A stretch of DNA of 64,000 nucleotides from Candidatus Bathyarchaeota archaeon (lineage in GTDB: Archaea; Thermoproteota; Bathyarchaeia; Bathyarchaeales; Bathycorpusculaceae), in NCBI GenBank assembly GCA_963733095.1, contig CAVTBV010000006.1, positions 32,001-96,000 of the forward strand. The letters run 5' to 3'. Each line of letters opens with the position of its first letter. Position 1 is the stretch's first letter. Positions 20,124 through 29,714 of the stretch are shown here, piece after piece. Below the pieces are notes generated by a model. It saw only the letters and a list, made by a program, of their open reading frames with translations. It was not told the origin of the DNA and made no database searches. The translations under genes were made by a program, and so were the position numbers.

Positions 20124-20280
20124 AAACCAAATACGAAAAATAACCAACCCGCAAGTGGCTGAAAAAATAGTTAAAGTCATCAATTCAGCTGGAGAGGAAT
20201 TTCCTTGCTTAACCTGCCCCTCAAACGCTGAATGCGGCAGTTTTAAATGGTTTACCAAGTGGTTTGGAAACTTCCGCTAA
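20101..20280 (+). CDS. 59-aa protein with CxxCxxxxxC and WFxKWFG (below the ORF-track cutoff)
   Basis: MTMSGEFENQIRKITNPQVAEKIVKVINSAGEEFPCLTCPSNAECGSFKWFTKWFGNFR*. Confidence 0.6.
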   Translation: MTMSGEFENQIRKITNPQVAEKIVKVINSAGEEFPCLTCPSNAECGSFKWFTKWFGNFR

Positions 20281-20326
20281 ACTATAAAGATTGGAAAGAA
20301 AAAGTTTAACGAGAAAAAAAATGCGT

Positions 20327-22108
20327 TTAAATGATTTTTTCTAAGTCGCTGATGAAGCGTTCAAACACCTTCAAGCCCCCCTTCCAGAAGTCGGGTGCAG
20401 CCACGTTTAAGCCGACGATTCCTCCGATTTCCAGTGGCGACAAGCTGCCTCCTGCAGACAACGCCTTCACCAGTTCAGATACAAATGCTTTGCCTTCTTC
20501 AAGGTAGCGTTTGTAGAGAGCGTAGACGAACATTTGAGCGTAGACGTAGGGGTAGTTGTAGAAGCGGTAGTTTGCCATGTAGTAGTGAGGTTTTATAGTC
20601 CATTCTGCGTCCATTTCGGGGAACCATGTGACGGCGTCTCCGAAGATGCGGTCGCGGCTCCTTGTCCACTGACTGCAGATGGTCTTGTAATCTAAGTATT
20701 CGCCTTGTTCGATGGATTCGTAGAGTGCCTGCTCAAACCACACTCGCGCAGTAACCTGGAACGCAGTCATCCCTGCCTCATCCAACACCAAGCAAAGTAG
20801 CGCTTTTCGTTCCGCCTCAGATTTAGTAGCATCCAGCAACTGGTCTGTAAGGAGCAGTTCACCAAAAATTGATGCTGTCTCAGCAACAGCAGAGGGAACG
20901 TTTATGTTTAGAAGAGTTTGACTCCTTGACATATACCAGTCATGGGTCGCATGCCCGAGTTCATGGGCCAACGTAAAAACATCGGACAATGTGCCGTTGA
21001 AGCTTTGCAAAATGAAGGCTGATTTGCCGTTGTAGTAGCCTGCACAAAAGGCGCCGTTGCGTTTGCCAAAACGTGGCGTGGCGTCTATGTGACCTTTTTG
21101 AAACATTTCTTTGACTGCGGATGCGTAGGTTGGGTCGAAGCGGCTGTAGGCTTTGGTGATTAGGTCTTCGGCTTGTTGGAAGGTAAATTTGAGTTCTGCA
21201 GATTCGGGCAAAGGAGCCACAATGTCATGGTTCCCCAGAACAGGTACCCCCATCAACTTGGCTTTCAGCTTAAGGTAACGACGATACGTTCCAGCGCCTT
21301 CCTCGATGGTTTTAAGGAGATAGCCAATGATGCTTTGTTGGGTGTCGTTGCTGATTAAGCTGGATTCCATGGGTGAGGCGTATTTTCTGCGTTTAGACAC
21401 AGTTACCCAATCGTTGCAGATGCTGCGAAGCGCTGCCGAGAAGACTTCACCATCCCTGCCAAGCAGCCCATAGATTGAGCGGTTCGCGGATTCTCGGGTG
21501 GCTCGGTCAGGGTGAGGCAGCAAACCATTGGCGTCTCCATAGCTTAGTGTCTTCTTTTGACCCAAAACGTTTACGTCAAAGAGGCGGGTGTTGAGCCATT
21601 TGCTCTGCAGTTCTTCCCAGGCGTTGACGCCGAACTGGTCTTTTTCGATTATGATTTGCTCTTCCACCTCAGAGAGTTGGTGTTCTACGCGGCGGCAGAC
21701 ACGTTCCAGCAAATGCCTGTAGATAGCTAAGGTTGGCGCTTCTATTAGTTCAGGGTTGCTTTTCACAAGTTTCCCTAGTTCAAGCGAATAAAACGCCAAC
21801 TGCTTTCCTACGTTGGCTGACAGTTTGTCTACTCTGTCGTTTAGCGCCTGTGCTTTGAGTTGAGTCATGTCTGCAGAAAACGTGAGGCTTGAGTACAGGG
21901 TTAGGTCGCTGAATTTTGCTTCAAACTCCTCAATATCGCGGAGGCACCGCAGTAAACCGTCGGCTGAGATGTTCGATATTTTTCCTCGGTAAGTTTTCTC
22001 GAATTCGTCCGCTTCACTCTTAACTTGTTCAATGGCACGGTTGATTTCAGGGTCATCTATGCCCAAAAAAAGTTCAGTTAAGTCCCATGTAACCTGTCGT
22101 CCGATCAC
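20327..22108 (-). CDS. pepF: M3B oligoendopeptidase F
   Basis: WDLTELF, GKRNGAFC, TLAHELGHATH zinc motif, AETAS, HYY..FYNYPY. Confidence 0.92.
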   Translation of the reverse strand: MIGRQVTWDLTELFLGIDDPEINRAIEQVKSEADEFEKTYRGKISNISADGLLRCLRDIEEFEAKFSDLTLYSSLTFSADMTQLKAQALNDRVDKLSANVGKQLAFYSLELGKLVKSNPELIEAPTLAIYRHLLERVCRRVEHQLSEVEEQIIIEKDQFGVNAWEELQSKWLNTRLFDVNVLGQKKTLSYGDANGLLPHPDRATRESANRSIYGLLGRDGEVFSAALRSICNDWVTVSKRRKYASPMESSLISNDTQQSIIGYLLKTIEEGAGTYRRYLKLKAKLMGVPVLGNHDIVAPLPESAELKFTFQQAEDLITKAYSRFDPTYASAVKEMFQKGHIDATPRFGKRNGAFCAGYYNGKSAFILQSFNGTLSDVFTLAHELGHATHDWYMSRSQTLLNINVPSAVAETASIFGELLLTDQLLDATKSEAERKALLCLVLDEAGMTAFQVTARVWFEQALYESIEQGEYLDYKTICSQWTRSRDRIFGDAVTWFPEMDAEWTIKPHYYMANYRFYNYPYVYAQMFVYALYKRYLEEGKAFVSELVKALSAGGSLSPLEIGGIVGLNVAAPDFWKGGLKVFERFISDLEKII

Positions 22109-22410
22109 ATTATGTACCTCTCATAAGTAGTCTCAGCTGTGTTATTTTGGGTTTTGTAGACAAAAGCAGAGAAGAATTGAAAAACCGTTTATTCCATTGT
22201 TTTTTGGAATGCAGCAGTATCAAAATAAACGGCTAAAGATTCAAGTTTGCCATCTTTTAGTTTCCAGATTTCTGCAACCTCTCTTGAGAAGGTGTCTCCT
22301 TTTGGTAATTACTTAAAAATGAGGGAAATTAAAAAAATTGTGGGAAAAGACATCTTATTTATGAAAAGTTTTGCTTTCACAGTTCGAAGTCCATGCCTAT
22401 TAGTTTTGGT

Positions 22411-22608
22411 TTAAGCCAAGATTGGTGCTTCACACATTTGGTCTGAGTCAAAGTTTTCGAGAATTATCTTGTTGCCTTTTTTGATGGTGAAGTATTCGGT
22501 TCCGCAGACTGGGCAGGGAACGAATTCGTTTGCTCCCACGGAGTCGAACTCGAATCTCACGTGGCATCCCGGACAAGTAAACATTATCGATGGGGTCTGT
22601 TTTATCAT
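22411..22608 (-). CDS. small zinc-ribbon protein
   Basis: CPGC...CPVCG in 65 aa, with GGAGG upstream. Confidence 0.7.
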   Translation of the reverse strand: MIKQTPSIMFTCPGCHVRFEFDSVGANEFVPCPVCGTEYFTIKKGNKIILENFDSDQMCEAPILA

Positions 22609-22761
22609 TTTCTATCCTCCTAAAAACTTGGTTTTCGTATTCAATTAACTATATTAACTTATTTTGTGGTAATTGTATAGAAACAGCTTATTTGTCTCTT
22701 AAAATTATACGAGAGCTGACTAGGTATTAACTTTTTCCGTAAAAAAACAAATAAAAGTATG

Positions 22762-22980
22762 TTACTTTAACGTTTTGAGTTGTCCAATCAGTTCTTGTTT
22801 CATTTTTTCGTCAGCAACAATTGCCTTGCGCGCTTTTTTCCAGTCTGCAGAGCAATGTCCATAACTCGACTTCTCGCCAATGTACTTGTGTATAACCGCA
22901 TCAACCTTCTCTTTGTTGCTTTCGTTTAGTTCTACTCCAGCCTCTTTCAAAAAGGTTCCAAACCATTTCCAACAAGTCAT
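22762..22980 (-). CDS. small hypothetical protein
   Basis: 72-aa ORF with C..IH..C pattern and EAGVELNESNKEKVD. Confidence 0.65.
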   Translation of the reverse strand: MTCWKWFGTFLKEAGVELNESNKEKVDAVIHKYIGEKSSYGHCSADWKKARKAIVADEKMKQELIGQLKTLK

Positions 22981-23061
22981 ATAATCAAAACACCATTACA
23001 ATAAAAAAGCTTAACGAAACCTATTTGCTTTTCGCATCTCTTTTAAATTCAGGAAATTTAC

Positions 23062-23295
23062 TTAAAATTCTTTTTCAGCTCTATCTAACTGTTCTTGCAG
23101 TTTTTCTCTGCATCTATCCACTTCGTTTTCTTTAAGGTCAATTTGGCTTGCATCAAAACTCTTAATCAATTCTTTGTCGCTCAGGTTAACCAATTTTTCA
23201 GCAAGTTCTTCGATGAGCTTGCGGATTTCCTTGAGTTCCAAAGCTATGCCCCTGAGGTTTCTTCTTTCCTCATCTGTGAGAACTATTTTAACCAA
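23062..23295 (-). CDS. small coiled-coil hypothetical protein
   Basis: 77-aa E/K/L-rich ORF with GGTGA upstream. Confidence 0.5.
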   Translation of the reverse strand: MVKIVLTDEERRNLRGIALELKEIRKLIEELAEKLVNLSDKELIKSFDASQIDLKENEVDRCREKLQEQLDRAEKEF

Positions 23296-23370
23296 CGCAA
23301 GTCACCAAGGTAAGCTCTTATTTTACAAACGTTGGAAGTATTAAAATTTCCCTAAAATCGAAGTGAGCAT

Positions 23371-23391
23371 TGGTGCTAAGGGCAGGATTTG
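23371..23391 (-). repeat. att-like direct repeat of the tRNA-Leu 3' end
   Basis: TGGTGCTAAGGGCAGGATTTG versus TGGTGCTACGGGCAGGATTTG at 33254-33274 (20/21 identical). Confidence 0.85.
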
Positions 23392-24068
23392 CCCCTCCAG
23401 ACAAGTATTTTTACTATACTTTCCCCTTTTTTCTCTTCCATCTGCCATGACTATTAAGGAGGTTTTCTTTTTTGAATGCTGACCGTGTAAAGCGTAAGCT
23501 TCCAAGCTTACTCGTCAATTGCAGCACAACAGAAAAGAAAAGTTGGAATACCCTCATGCGTTACCGTTATCGGTTTACTCAGTTAAAGAAGCGACAACCT
23601 GAGAAATTTAACTCTATCACTAACCGTATTCTTTTAGACCTGACTGATTTAGAAAAAGCGGTTAATGAATCATAGATCGCTGTCTTTTGGCAACAATAAG
23701 CTTAATGAAAGATTCTTTACAAAGCGATTCTTAATTAGACTCCACAGAAAACGGCGGTTTCTTATACGGAATTTTGGCGCCGGGAGAGGGATCCCAGAAA
23801 CAATTTACAAGCAAAAGTACTTGCCCCAAAACTGGGGATGGACATCTGACTTGAAATATGAAGTCCTACCATGTTTAGGCTTTAGTGGAGTTGTTTGCAT
23901 AGATTATTACCAATCCACCAGTAGGTAACCGGCATATAAGATTAAGCCTAAGTGACAACGAGTCGAGCGTCAACCGACACCTTTTTTCGTTTATTAGAGA
24001 AAGGAAATCATTAGCAAGATAATTTTTAATTAGTATAGAAAATTTTGGGATAATTATTGACCTATAAC

Positions 24069-25322
24069 TCATCTTGTCTTAGTGGTTTTTCGATGCCTTC
24101 TAAAAAGCAGTAGAGATAAGATAACAATAGCCACTATGATGCTTGCAGGTATAAAGTAATATATCGGGTCTAAATGCGGTGCATTTCTATCTGTTGGTGA
24201 AGAGGGCGTCGCAGTTGGGCTAAGAGATGATGATGCAGTCGGCATTGGGGAGATTGTTGGCGTTGGAATTGGTGTTGGTGTGGGTAAAGCAGTTGGAGTT
24301 GGCGTTGGTAGAGGTGTAGATGATGGAACACTCGAAAGGGAGTCAATAGTTAATTTGGAAATATCAACTGGAGAGGAAAGTGGATGATTATCAACGTTAC
24401 TCTGGTCAATCACATAATTTCCTTGTCCATTATAGCTACTCCAATAGTTACCATCTTTACCGTCATCCCAAAAGTTTACTGAAACCGCGGAGGTCACGAT
24501 GGCTTCATTGTACACATTTTGACCACTCCCTACAAAATTATTCTCGTAGATTAAATTGCCTTCTGCACCACCCTGAGAAATCGCATATGACGTATGAACG
24601 CCTACTTGGTTGTGGTCAATTTGGTTTCCAGCAATTACATTATTTGGTCGAGTGGTTACACGTAGTAAATCTATCGCATACCCCTGAGTCCCCACAATCA
24701 TATTTCCAAAAATTTTATTGTTTGAGCCATATAGTGAAATTCCATAAGGTACAGGATTTTTCCATTGGTCGCATCCTTGAAGATTGTTTCCTGATATAAT
24801 GTTGCCGTTGCCTGCAACGCTAATCCCTCTGCCTTTATTTATCGTGTTATTTGCAACTAAATTTCCATTACCACTGCAATCCAAACCTGTTCCATTATTC
24901 ACAGTGTTGTTAGCTATCACTAAGTTAATTGATTTGAGATAGCCGTAAAAAATTATTCCGCCACTCTCAACAACCGTATTTATGACTGTTGTACCTGTTA
25001 CCCCATCCAATTCTGAATTACCTTGAACTGGTATTGGACCGTAAACTCCCCTTACTGCATGTCCTTGTCCGTCAAAAATGATGTTGCTCTGATCTATTAC
25101 GATGTAGCCGTCCAAATCAGATGAAAGTAGGTATGTGTTACCGTTCCTTGTAATATTTGCCGATTCAGGAGTAATAGTTCCGTTTGACTGTATTGTTGCA
25201 CGTAGCAAGTCAGGTTGAGGGATGTAAGAACCTGTCGATTGTGCTGTTGTCATCACCGTTAGATTTGTAATTGCCATTAGCAGAATTATGATAAGCGGTG
25301 CTACAATGGCGGTAAATCTCAT
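24069..25322 (-). CDS. secreted right-handed beta-helix (NosD/CASH, pectin-lyase fold) surface protein
   Basis: signal peptide, N/G/I-rich repeats, GNYWSSY..DNHPL, Pro/Thr linker, C-terminal TM plus basic tail. Confidence 0.85.
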   Translation of the reverse strand: MRFTAIVAPLIIILLMAITNLTVMTTAQSTGSYIPQPDLLRATIQSNGTITPESANITRNGNTYLLSSDLDGYIVIDQSNIIFDGQGHAVRGVYGPIPVQGNSELDGVTGTTVINTVVESGGIIFYGYLKSINLVIANNTVNNGTGLDCSGNGNLVANNTINKGRGISVAGNGNIISGNNLQGCDQWKNPVPYGISLYGSNNKIFGNMIVGTQGYAIDLLRVTTRPNNVIAGNQIDHNQVGVHTSYAISQGGAEGNLIYENNFVGSGQNVYNEAIVTSAVSVNFWDDGKDGNYWSSYNGQGNYVIDQSNVDNHPLSSPVDISKLTIDSLSSVPSSTPLPTPTPTALPTPTPIPTPTISPMPTASSSLSPTATPSSPTDRNAPHLDPIYYFIPASIIVAIVILSLLLFRRHRKTTKTR

Positions 25323-25522
25323 GAAGTTGAATTAGTTGCAAGAGATAAAAAGCATTTTTGTACAAGGGGCTAATACCTATTTTGTGTTTAAACCCAAATT
25401 TTAAATCGTTAAAATAACTCTCAGGTTAAGCGGTTTTTAACCACTTAAGGCGATTGCAGGCAATTCGTACAGGAGGTTAAAATAATTGAGAAATATTTCC
25501 TTAAGAAAGAAAAAGTGTTAGT

Positions 25523-26212
25523 ATGAACAAAGTCAAACTCAGCATCTCACAACAAGCAGTTTTAGGATTAATTTTTTTAGCAACAGTAGTTTGGCTTGCG
25601 CTTTTCCTTCCTGCAGGAAAATTAACCTATTGGCAAGGATGGCTCTATTGGATAGTCTTTTTTTCCATTGTAACATCGATTAGTCTTTATTTCATAAAAA
25701 AAGACCCTCACCTTATATCAAGTAGAGTCAAGGTGGGTCCAACAGCTGAAGAGAAAAGCAGTCAAAAAATATCACAGGCATTTGCTGCAGTTTTCTTTAT
25801 TTTGCTGCTTCTAATACCCCCATTTGACTTCCGATTTGGGTGGTCTAATGTTCCGATATACTTAGTGGTGATATCTGATGTTTTTGTTACGTTTGGTTTT
25901 GTGGTTATTTTCTTGGTTTTTAGACAGAATACGTTTGCTTCAGCAATAATCGAGGTTAAAGCTGAGCAGAAAGTTGTTTCTACAGGTGTGTACAGTGTTG
26001 TTCGCCATCCGATGTATTCTGGAGCTTTGTTGCTCTTGTTATTTACACCGTTAGCTTTAGGCTCATTTTGGGGTATGCTTGCTTTCTTTCCTTTATTTGT
26101 AGTAATCTGCTTCAGGCTTATCGATGAAGAAAAAACTCTGTCAAAAAACCTGAAGGACTATGATGAATACCGGAAAAAAACTCGGTATCGTCTTATCCCT
26201 TACATTTGGTAA
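25523..26212 (+). CDS. isoprenylcysteine carboxyl methyltransferase / PEMT-family membrane protein
   Basis: VVSTGVYSVVRHPMYSG and EEK.L....Y.EY...TRYRLIP motifs. Confidence 0.88.
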   Translation: MNKVKLSISQQAVLGLIFLATVVWLALFLPAGKLTYWQGWLYWIVFFSIVTSISLYFIKKDPHLISSRVKVGPTAEEKSSQKISQAFAAVFFILLLLIPPFDFRFGWSNVPIYLVVISDVFVTFGFVVIFLVFRQNTFASAIIEVKAEQKVVSTGVYSVVRHPMYSGALLLLLFTPLALGSFWGMLAFFPLFVVICFRLIDEEKTLSKNLKDYDEYRKKTRYRLIPYIW

Positions 26213-26341
26213 ACTGCAATATACACGTTTTAATTAGCCTGGCGCACGCGCTATTTGTATTTCGTATTAGCACTAAACTTGCTGGAAACTGTTATTAAGA
26301 TAAAATATTTATTTGAATAATTACAATTAACAAAAAAATAG

Positions 26342-26929
26342 GTGATTGTTATCAATCCAATCCTTTTAGAGGGCAAGAAAGTTATTGGGACCGAAGGCTA
26401 CATCTTAGGGGAAGTAGATGGCGTGGAAATTAACCCGAGAACTTGGCAAGCCGATACTTTCTGTGTTAATTTGAGCGCTGACGCAACTGCAGAACTTGGA
26501 TTCAAAAAACCTTTCTTACGCAAAATCACAGTATGTTTACCAACCCACCTTGTCGAAGCTATCGGTGAGGTAATTACTCTTAAAGAACCAGTGAGGAATC
26601 TCAAAGATATTGAAGAAAGACAAGTTTCAGTTAGTTATGTTAAACTTAGAGGGAAGAAAGTGGTTGGTGCGCAGGGTCGTATTGTAGGTGAAGTAGAAGG
26701 ATTCGACTTAAACGTTGACAACTGGCAAGTTACAGGTTTGCAGGTTGGTTTAACTGATGATGCTGCAACAGAACTTGGGTTTAAGAGCCCTTTTCTGAGC
26801 AGGGTGGTAGTAGTGATTCCTTCAAAGATAGTGGGCGTGGTAGGTAATTTCATAAATTTAAGTGAAACCATAGAAGACCTTGAATCACTTGTTGAGTGCA
26901 TTCGTTCCTGCAAGAAAATAGAGTCATAA
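26342..26929 (+). CDS. tandem PRC-barrel domain protein
   Basis: two internal repeats L.GKKV.G..G..(L/V)GEV.G......WQ...AATELGFK.PFL. Confidence 0.82.
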   Translation: MIVINPILLEGKKVIGTEGYILGEVDGVEINPRTWQADTFCVNLSADATAELGFKKPFLRKITVCLPTHLVEAIGEVITLKEPVRNLKDIEERQVSVSYVKLRGKKVVGAQGRIVGEVEGFDLNVDNWQVTGLQVGLTDDAATELGFKSPFLSRVVVVIPSKIVGVVGNFINLSETIEDLESLVECIRSCKKIES

Positions 26930-27136
26930 CTGTTGCTTCAAGATGGTCGTATTTCCCAATTAAGCTCGCGGGCGTCCTAGGAGATTTGAACCTTGTCACT
27001 CAGAGATTTCACCCTCATTTCCCTTTTTTCTCTTCAAGGAAGGGCTTCTAAGTTATTCATTTGATTTTAGAAGTAAATATCCCGAGCAGATTGAGCTGTA
27101 AACAATCAAAAGGTTACCTGCAAAAAAGGGATGAGT

Positions 27137-28009
27137 TTAAACCGACTTAATACCTTGTTTCTTTTCTACTTTCTTTGCGTTTCTTAGAAAAACCAAAGCT
27201 GCAAAGGCAACCGCAACAATCACCACTACACTTACACCAACATAAACTAACCATGACGAATCTGAAGATACCGTGGAAGGTGTGGTGGACACGGATGAGG
27301 GTAAGTTAAATTGCTGTGTTGAAGTTTGAACTAAAAGAGAGTAGCTTGAAATTTTTACCACCAATTTAGGTGACGCATCAAACTCACTGACCGTGAAGTT
27401 CGCAGAGTTATTTGGACTTAAAGGTCCCTTTAAGATAACAAATCCCACTGCAACTACAATACCCGCATTGTTATAGTAAGTCCCAACTACCTTGATGTCG
27501 TTCGCCGTTTGACTACCACTATTAGTTATTGACCCCGAAACCACGTAACCATCGTTAACAATACCATTGGAGGTAACAATCGAGGAAAGACCGGGATACT
27601 GAATATAATTTGCTGGAGGATGATTAGAAACATTGAAGCCAAAAGTGAGAGCGTTTGGAATAGTGTTAAAATCGATTTTGCCAAAATCAAGATAAAAAGG
27701 CGCTTTTTGCTCTGGGAGAAAATCATTTACATAAGCAATCGTGGTGCCACTTAAAAATTGTGACCCATTAACCGCAGAAACTACAACATCCAAAGACGCA
27801 TTCCCCAAAACATGATTGCCAGTGTTCTGCACTTCACCAACTACAATAAAATGACCACCTGAACTAATATAACTACTATGACTCAAAACAGTAACGCCAG
27901 TATATGCTGCTTGAACAAAAACGTTTGAACTCGACACTAAGCTAAAAACAAAAACAGTGCAAACTATTACTGCGACAATGGGCGTCTTATCCATGCGAAG
28001 AAGCACCAT
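27137..28009 (-). CDS. FxLYD-type double Ig-like membrane-anchored surface protein
   Basis: VVGEVQNTG and VSGSITNSG..KVVGTYYN repeats; signal peptide and C-terminal TM. Confidence 0.75.
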   Translation of the reverse strand: MVLLRMDKTPIVAVIVCTVFVFSLVSSSNVFVQAAYTGVTVLSHSSYISSGGHFIVVGEVQNTGNHVLGNASLDVVVSAVNGSQFLSGTTIAYVNDFLPEQKAPFYLDFGKIDFNTIPNALTFGFNVSNHPPANYIQYPGLSSIVTSNGIVNDGYVVSGSITNSGSQTANDIKVVGTYYNNAGIVVAVGFVILKGPLSPNNSANFTVSEFDASPKLVVKISSYSLLVQTSTQQFNLPSSVSTTPSTVSSDSSWLVYVGVSVVVIVAVAFAALVFLRNAKKVEKKQGIKSV

Positions 28010-28339
28010 TCAATCCATTAGCATTTAAGAACTATTAAAGGTCTTTTGCTTTTATTGTTCCACAAAAGATGAAATTTACATTTAATAGCATGAGTTGATC
28101 GTCTTGGCCATGCCATTCGTTAATTTAAGCAAGACCAGAGTTTCACCAAGATTATGAATTGATGTTACAATGCTGTATTAATTTAAGCCTTTCATCAGAC
28201 TTACAGTTTTGAAATTATGTTAAGCTTTTCATTTTTGTTTTGGGGTAAATTTGAGGGCAGACTGGCTAAAAATACTGTATATTTGAGGAAGCATCAACCT
28301 CGAATTGAAAAATTACTTCAAATTAAGGGGGTAAGTCAT

Positions 28340-28553
28340 TTCGGAAAATGTTTCTAGACGCTTAGAATTGTTAAAGCTCGAAGGATTGGGCTTCTCGCAA
28401 GCAGAGATTGTGAAGGAATTGAGCCAAAAAGTGTCATGTACTGAGCGCACAATTTACTATGATTGTGCCTTAGCCCTTTATTCCGTCAACATATTTTCTT
28501 CTTATCTTCAAAAAACTAAAGGAATCTGCATACTAACTGGACTAAAAACATAA
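28340..28553 (+). pseudogene. HTH protein remnant inside the island
   Basis: RRLELLKLEGLGFSQAEIVKELS..CTERTIYYD helix-turn-helix pattern, then low-quality sequence. Confidence 0.5.
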
Positions 28554-28653
28554 ATTGAACTATAGTATAATACGGACCCATAGTTTTCTGGAGACATATC
28601 CCGCAAACCCCTTTTTTTAATGATATAAAACAATGCACGCTGGACTAATGCGC

Positions 28654-29463
28654 TTAAGCTGAATCCCAACTTCTTTGAAATGAGTTCAGTGCAAAACCAA
28701 CTAGGCACGGATGATTTGTTAGTATTAATGGCGATTCTACAATACTTCTATCGGGGTAGTAGCTGAAGCTTAAGTTTTTTTGGTCAAAAATCACTGAGTT
28801 TACTCGAAAACGTCCGACAACTTTTTTTACTATAGTGTTTTCATTTTTATGCGCTTCTTTTATTTCGCGGGGTAGGTCTTGCGAGGCGTTAGGTATTCCA
28901 AGGAGTATTCTGTATTTTACACCTCTTTCTATGGCTTTCTTATAATTTTCCATACATTCACTAGCAATGTAAAGAAATCTTGGTAAAAATGATATAATAT
29001 CGATAGATAAATTAGCTGAGTCATGCTGCTGCTTGATTTTTGCTATAATTCTTCTCCTCCCTTCGATTGAAGTTATATTGTATTCCGTTTCTGGGTCTGG
29101 CTCCTGGTTGCTTTCAAACTTCAGAGAAAATTTTTCTAGGGTTTTTTGCATTTGTTTAATGTCATGGAGTTTGTGGTCGATAAAGGCTTTTAATCCCAGG
29201 GAGGGAGGAACCGCGATGAATTTTAATGGGCAACTTAATTCTCTATCGACCAAACCGTTTTCCTGAAGTTCATTCAATGCTCTATAGACTTCTGTTCTTG
29301 GGGAATTTGACCAGTGGGCGATAATGCGAGCTTCAGCTTTGCCATAAAGCAAAAGAGTAAAGTATATGTTGGCCTGCATCCGGGTTAGACCAAGCTGGAT
29401 TAAGTACTGTAAGCCTTCGTTTTTCGATGTTTTTGCATCCATTGCATTCTCCAAATTTTGCAA
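28654..29463 (-). CDS. TrmB-family transcriptional regulator
   Basis: LGLTRMQANIY..LL..G..EA..IA....PRTEVYRAL..L...GLV wHTH plus C-terminal effector domain. Confidence 0.87.
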   Translation of the reverse strand: MQNLENAMDAKTSKNEGLQYLIQLGLTRMQANIYFTLLLYGKAEARIIAHWSNSPRTEVYRALNELQENGLVDRELSCPLKFIAVPPSLGLKAFIDHKLHDIKQMQKTLEKFSLKFESNQEPDPETEYNITSIEGRRRIIAKIKQQHDSANLSIDIISFLPRFLYIASECMENYKKAIERGVKYRILLGIPNASQDLPREIKEAHKNENTIVKKVVGRFRVNSVIFDQKNLSFSYYPDRSIVESPLILTNHPCLVGFALNSFQRSWDSA

Positions 29464-29714
29464 GAAATCTCCAAGACTCTTATCGTTAATTTCGGTATAT
29501 TAAATTAACTAATGATAGCTCGCTATGAGATCCTAAACTAGGCAAGTGTAGAAACCTAACATCCGTGTCTTTAAGCAAAATGTCACCTCTCAGTATAACT
29601 ATCAAGTTTACAGTTTTCTGTATTATTAAAGTGTTAAGACAAAATTATATTAGCCTATCTTGGGAAATAGAAAATCGTCTATATTCTTATAGACCTAAAA
29701 AGAAGGAGAAAAAA

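Noticed and set aside
23472-24072. Short ORFs at the island's left end
   Set aside because: Fragmentary, overlapping and without recognisable domains; probably element debris
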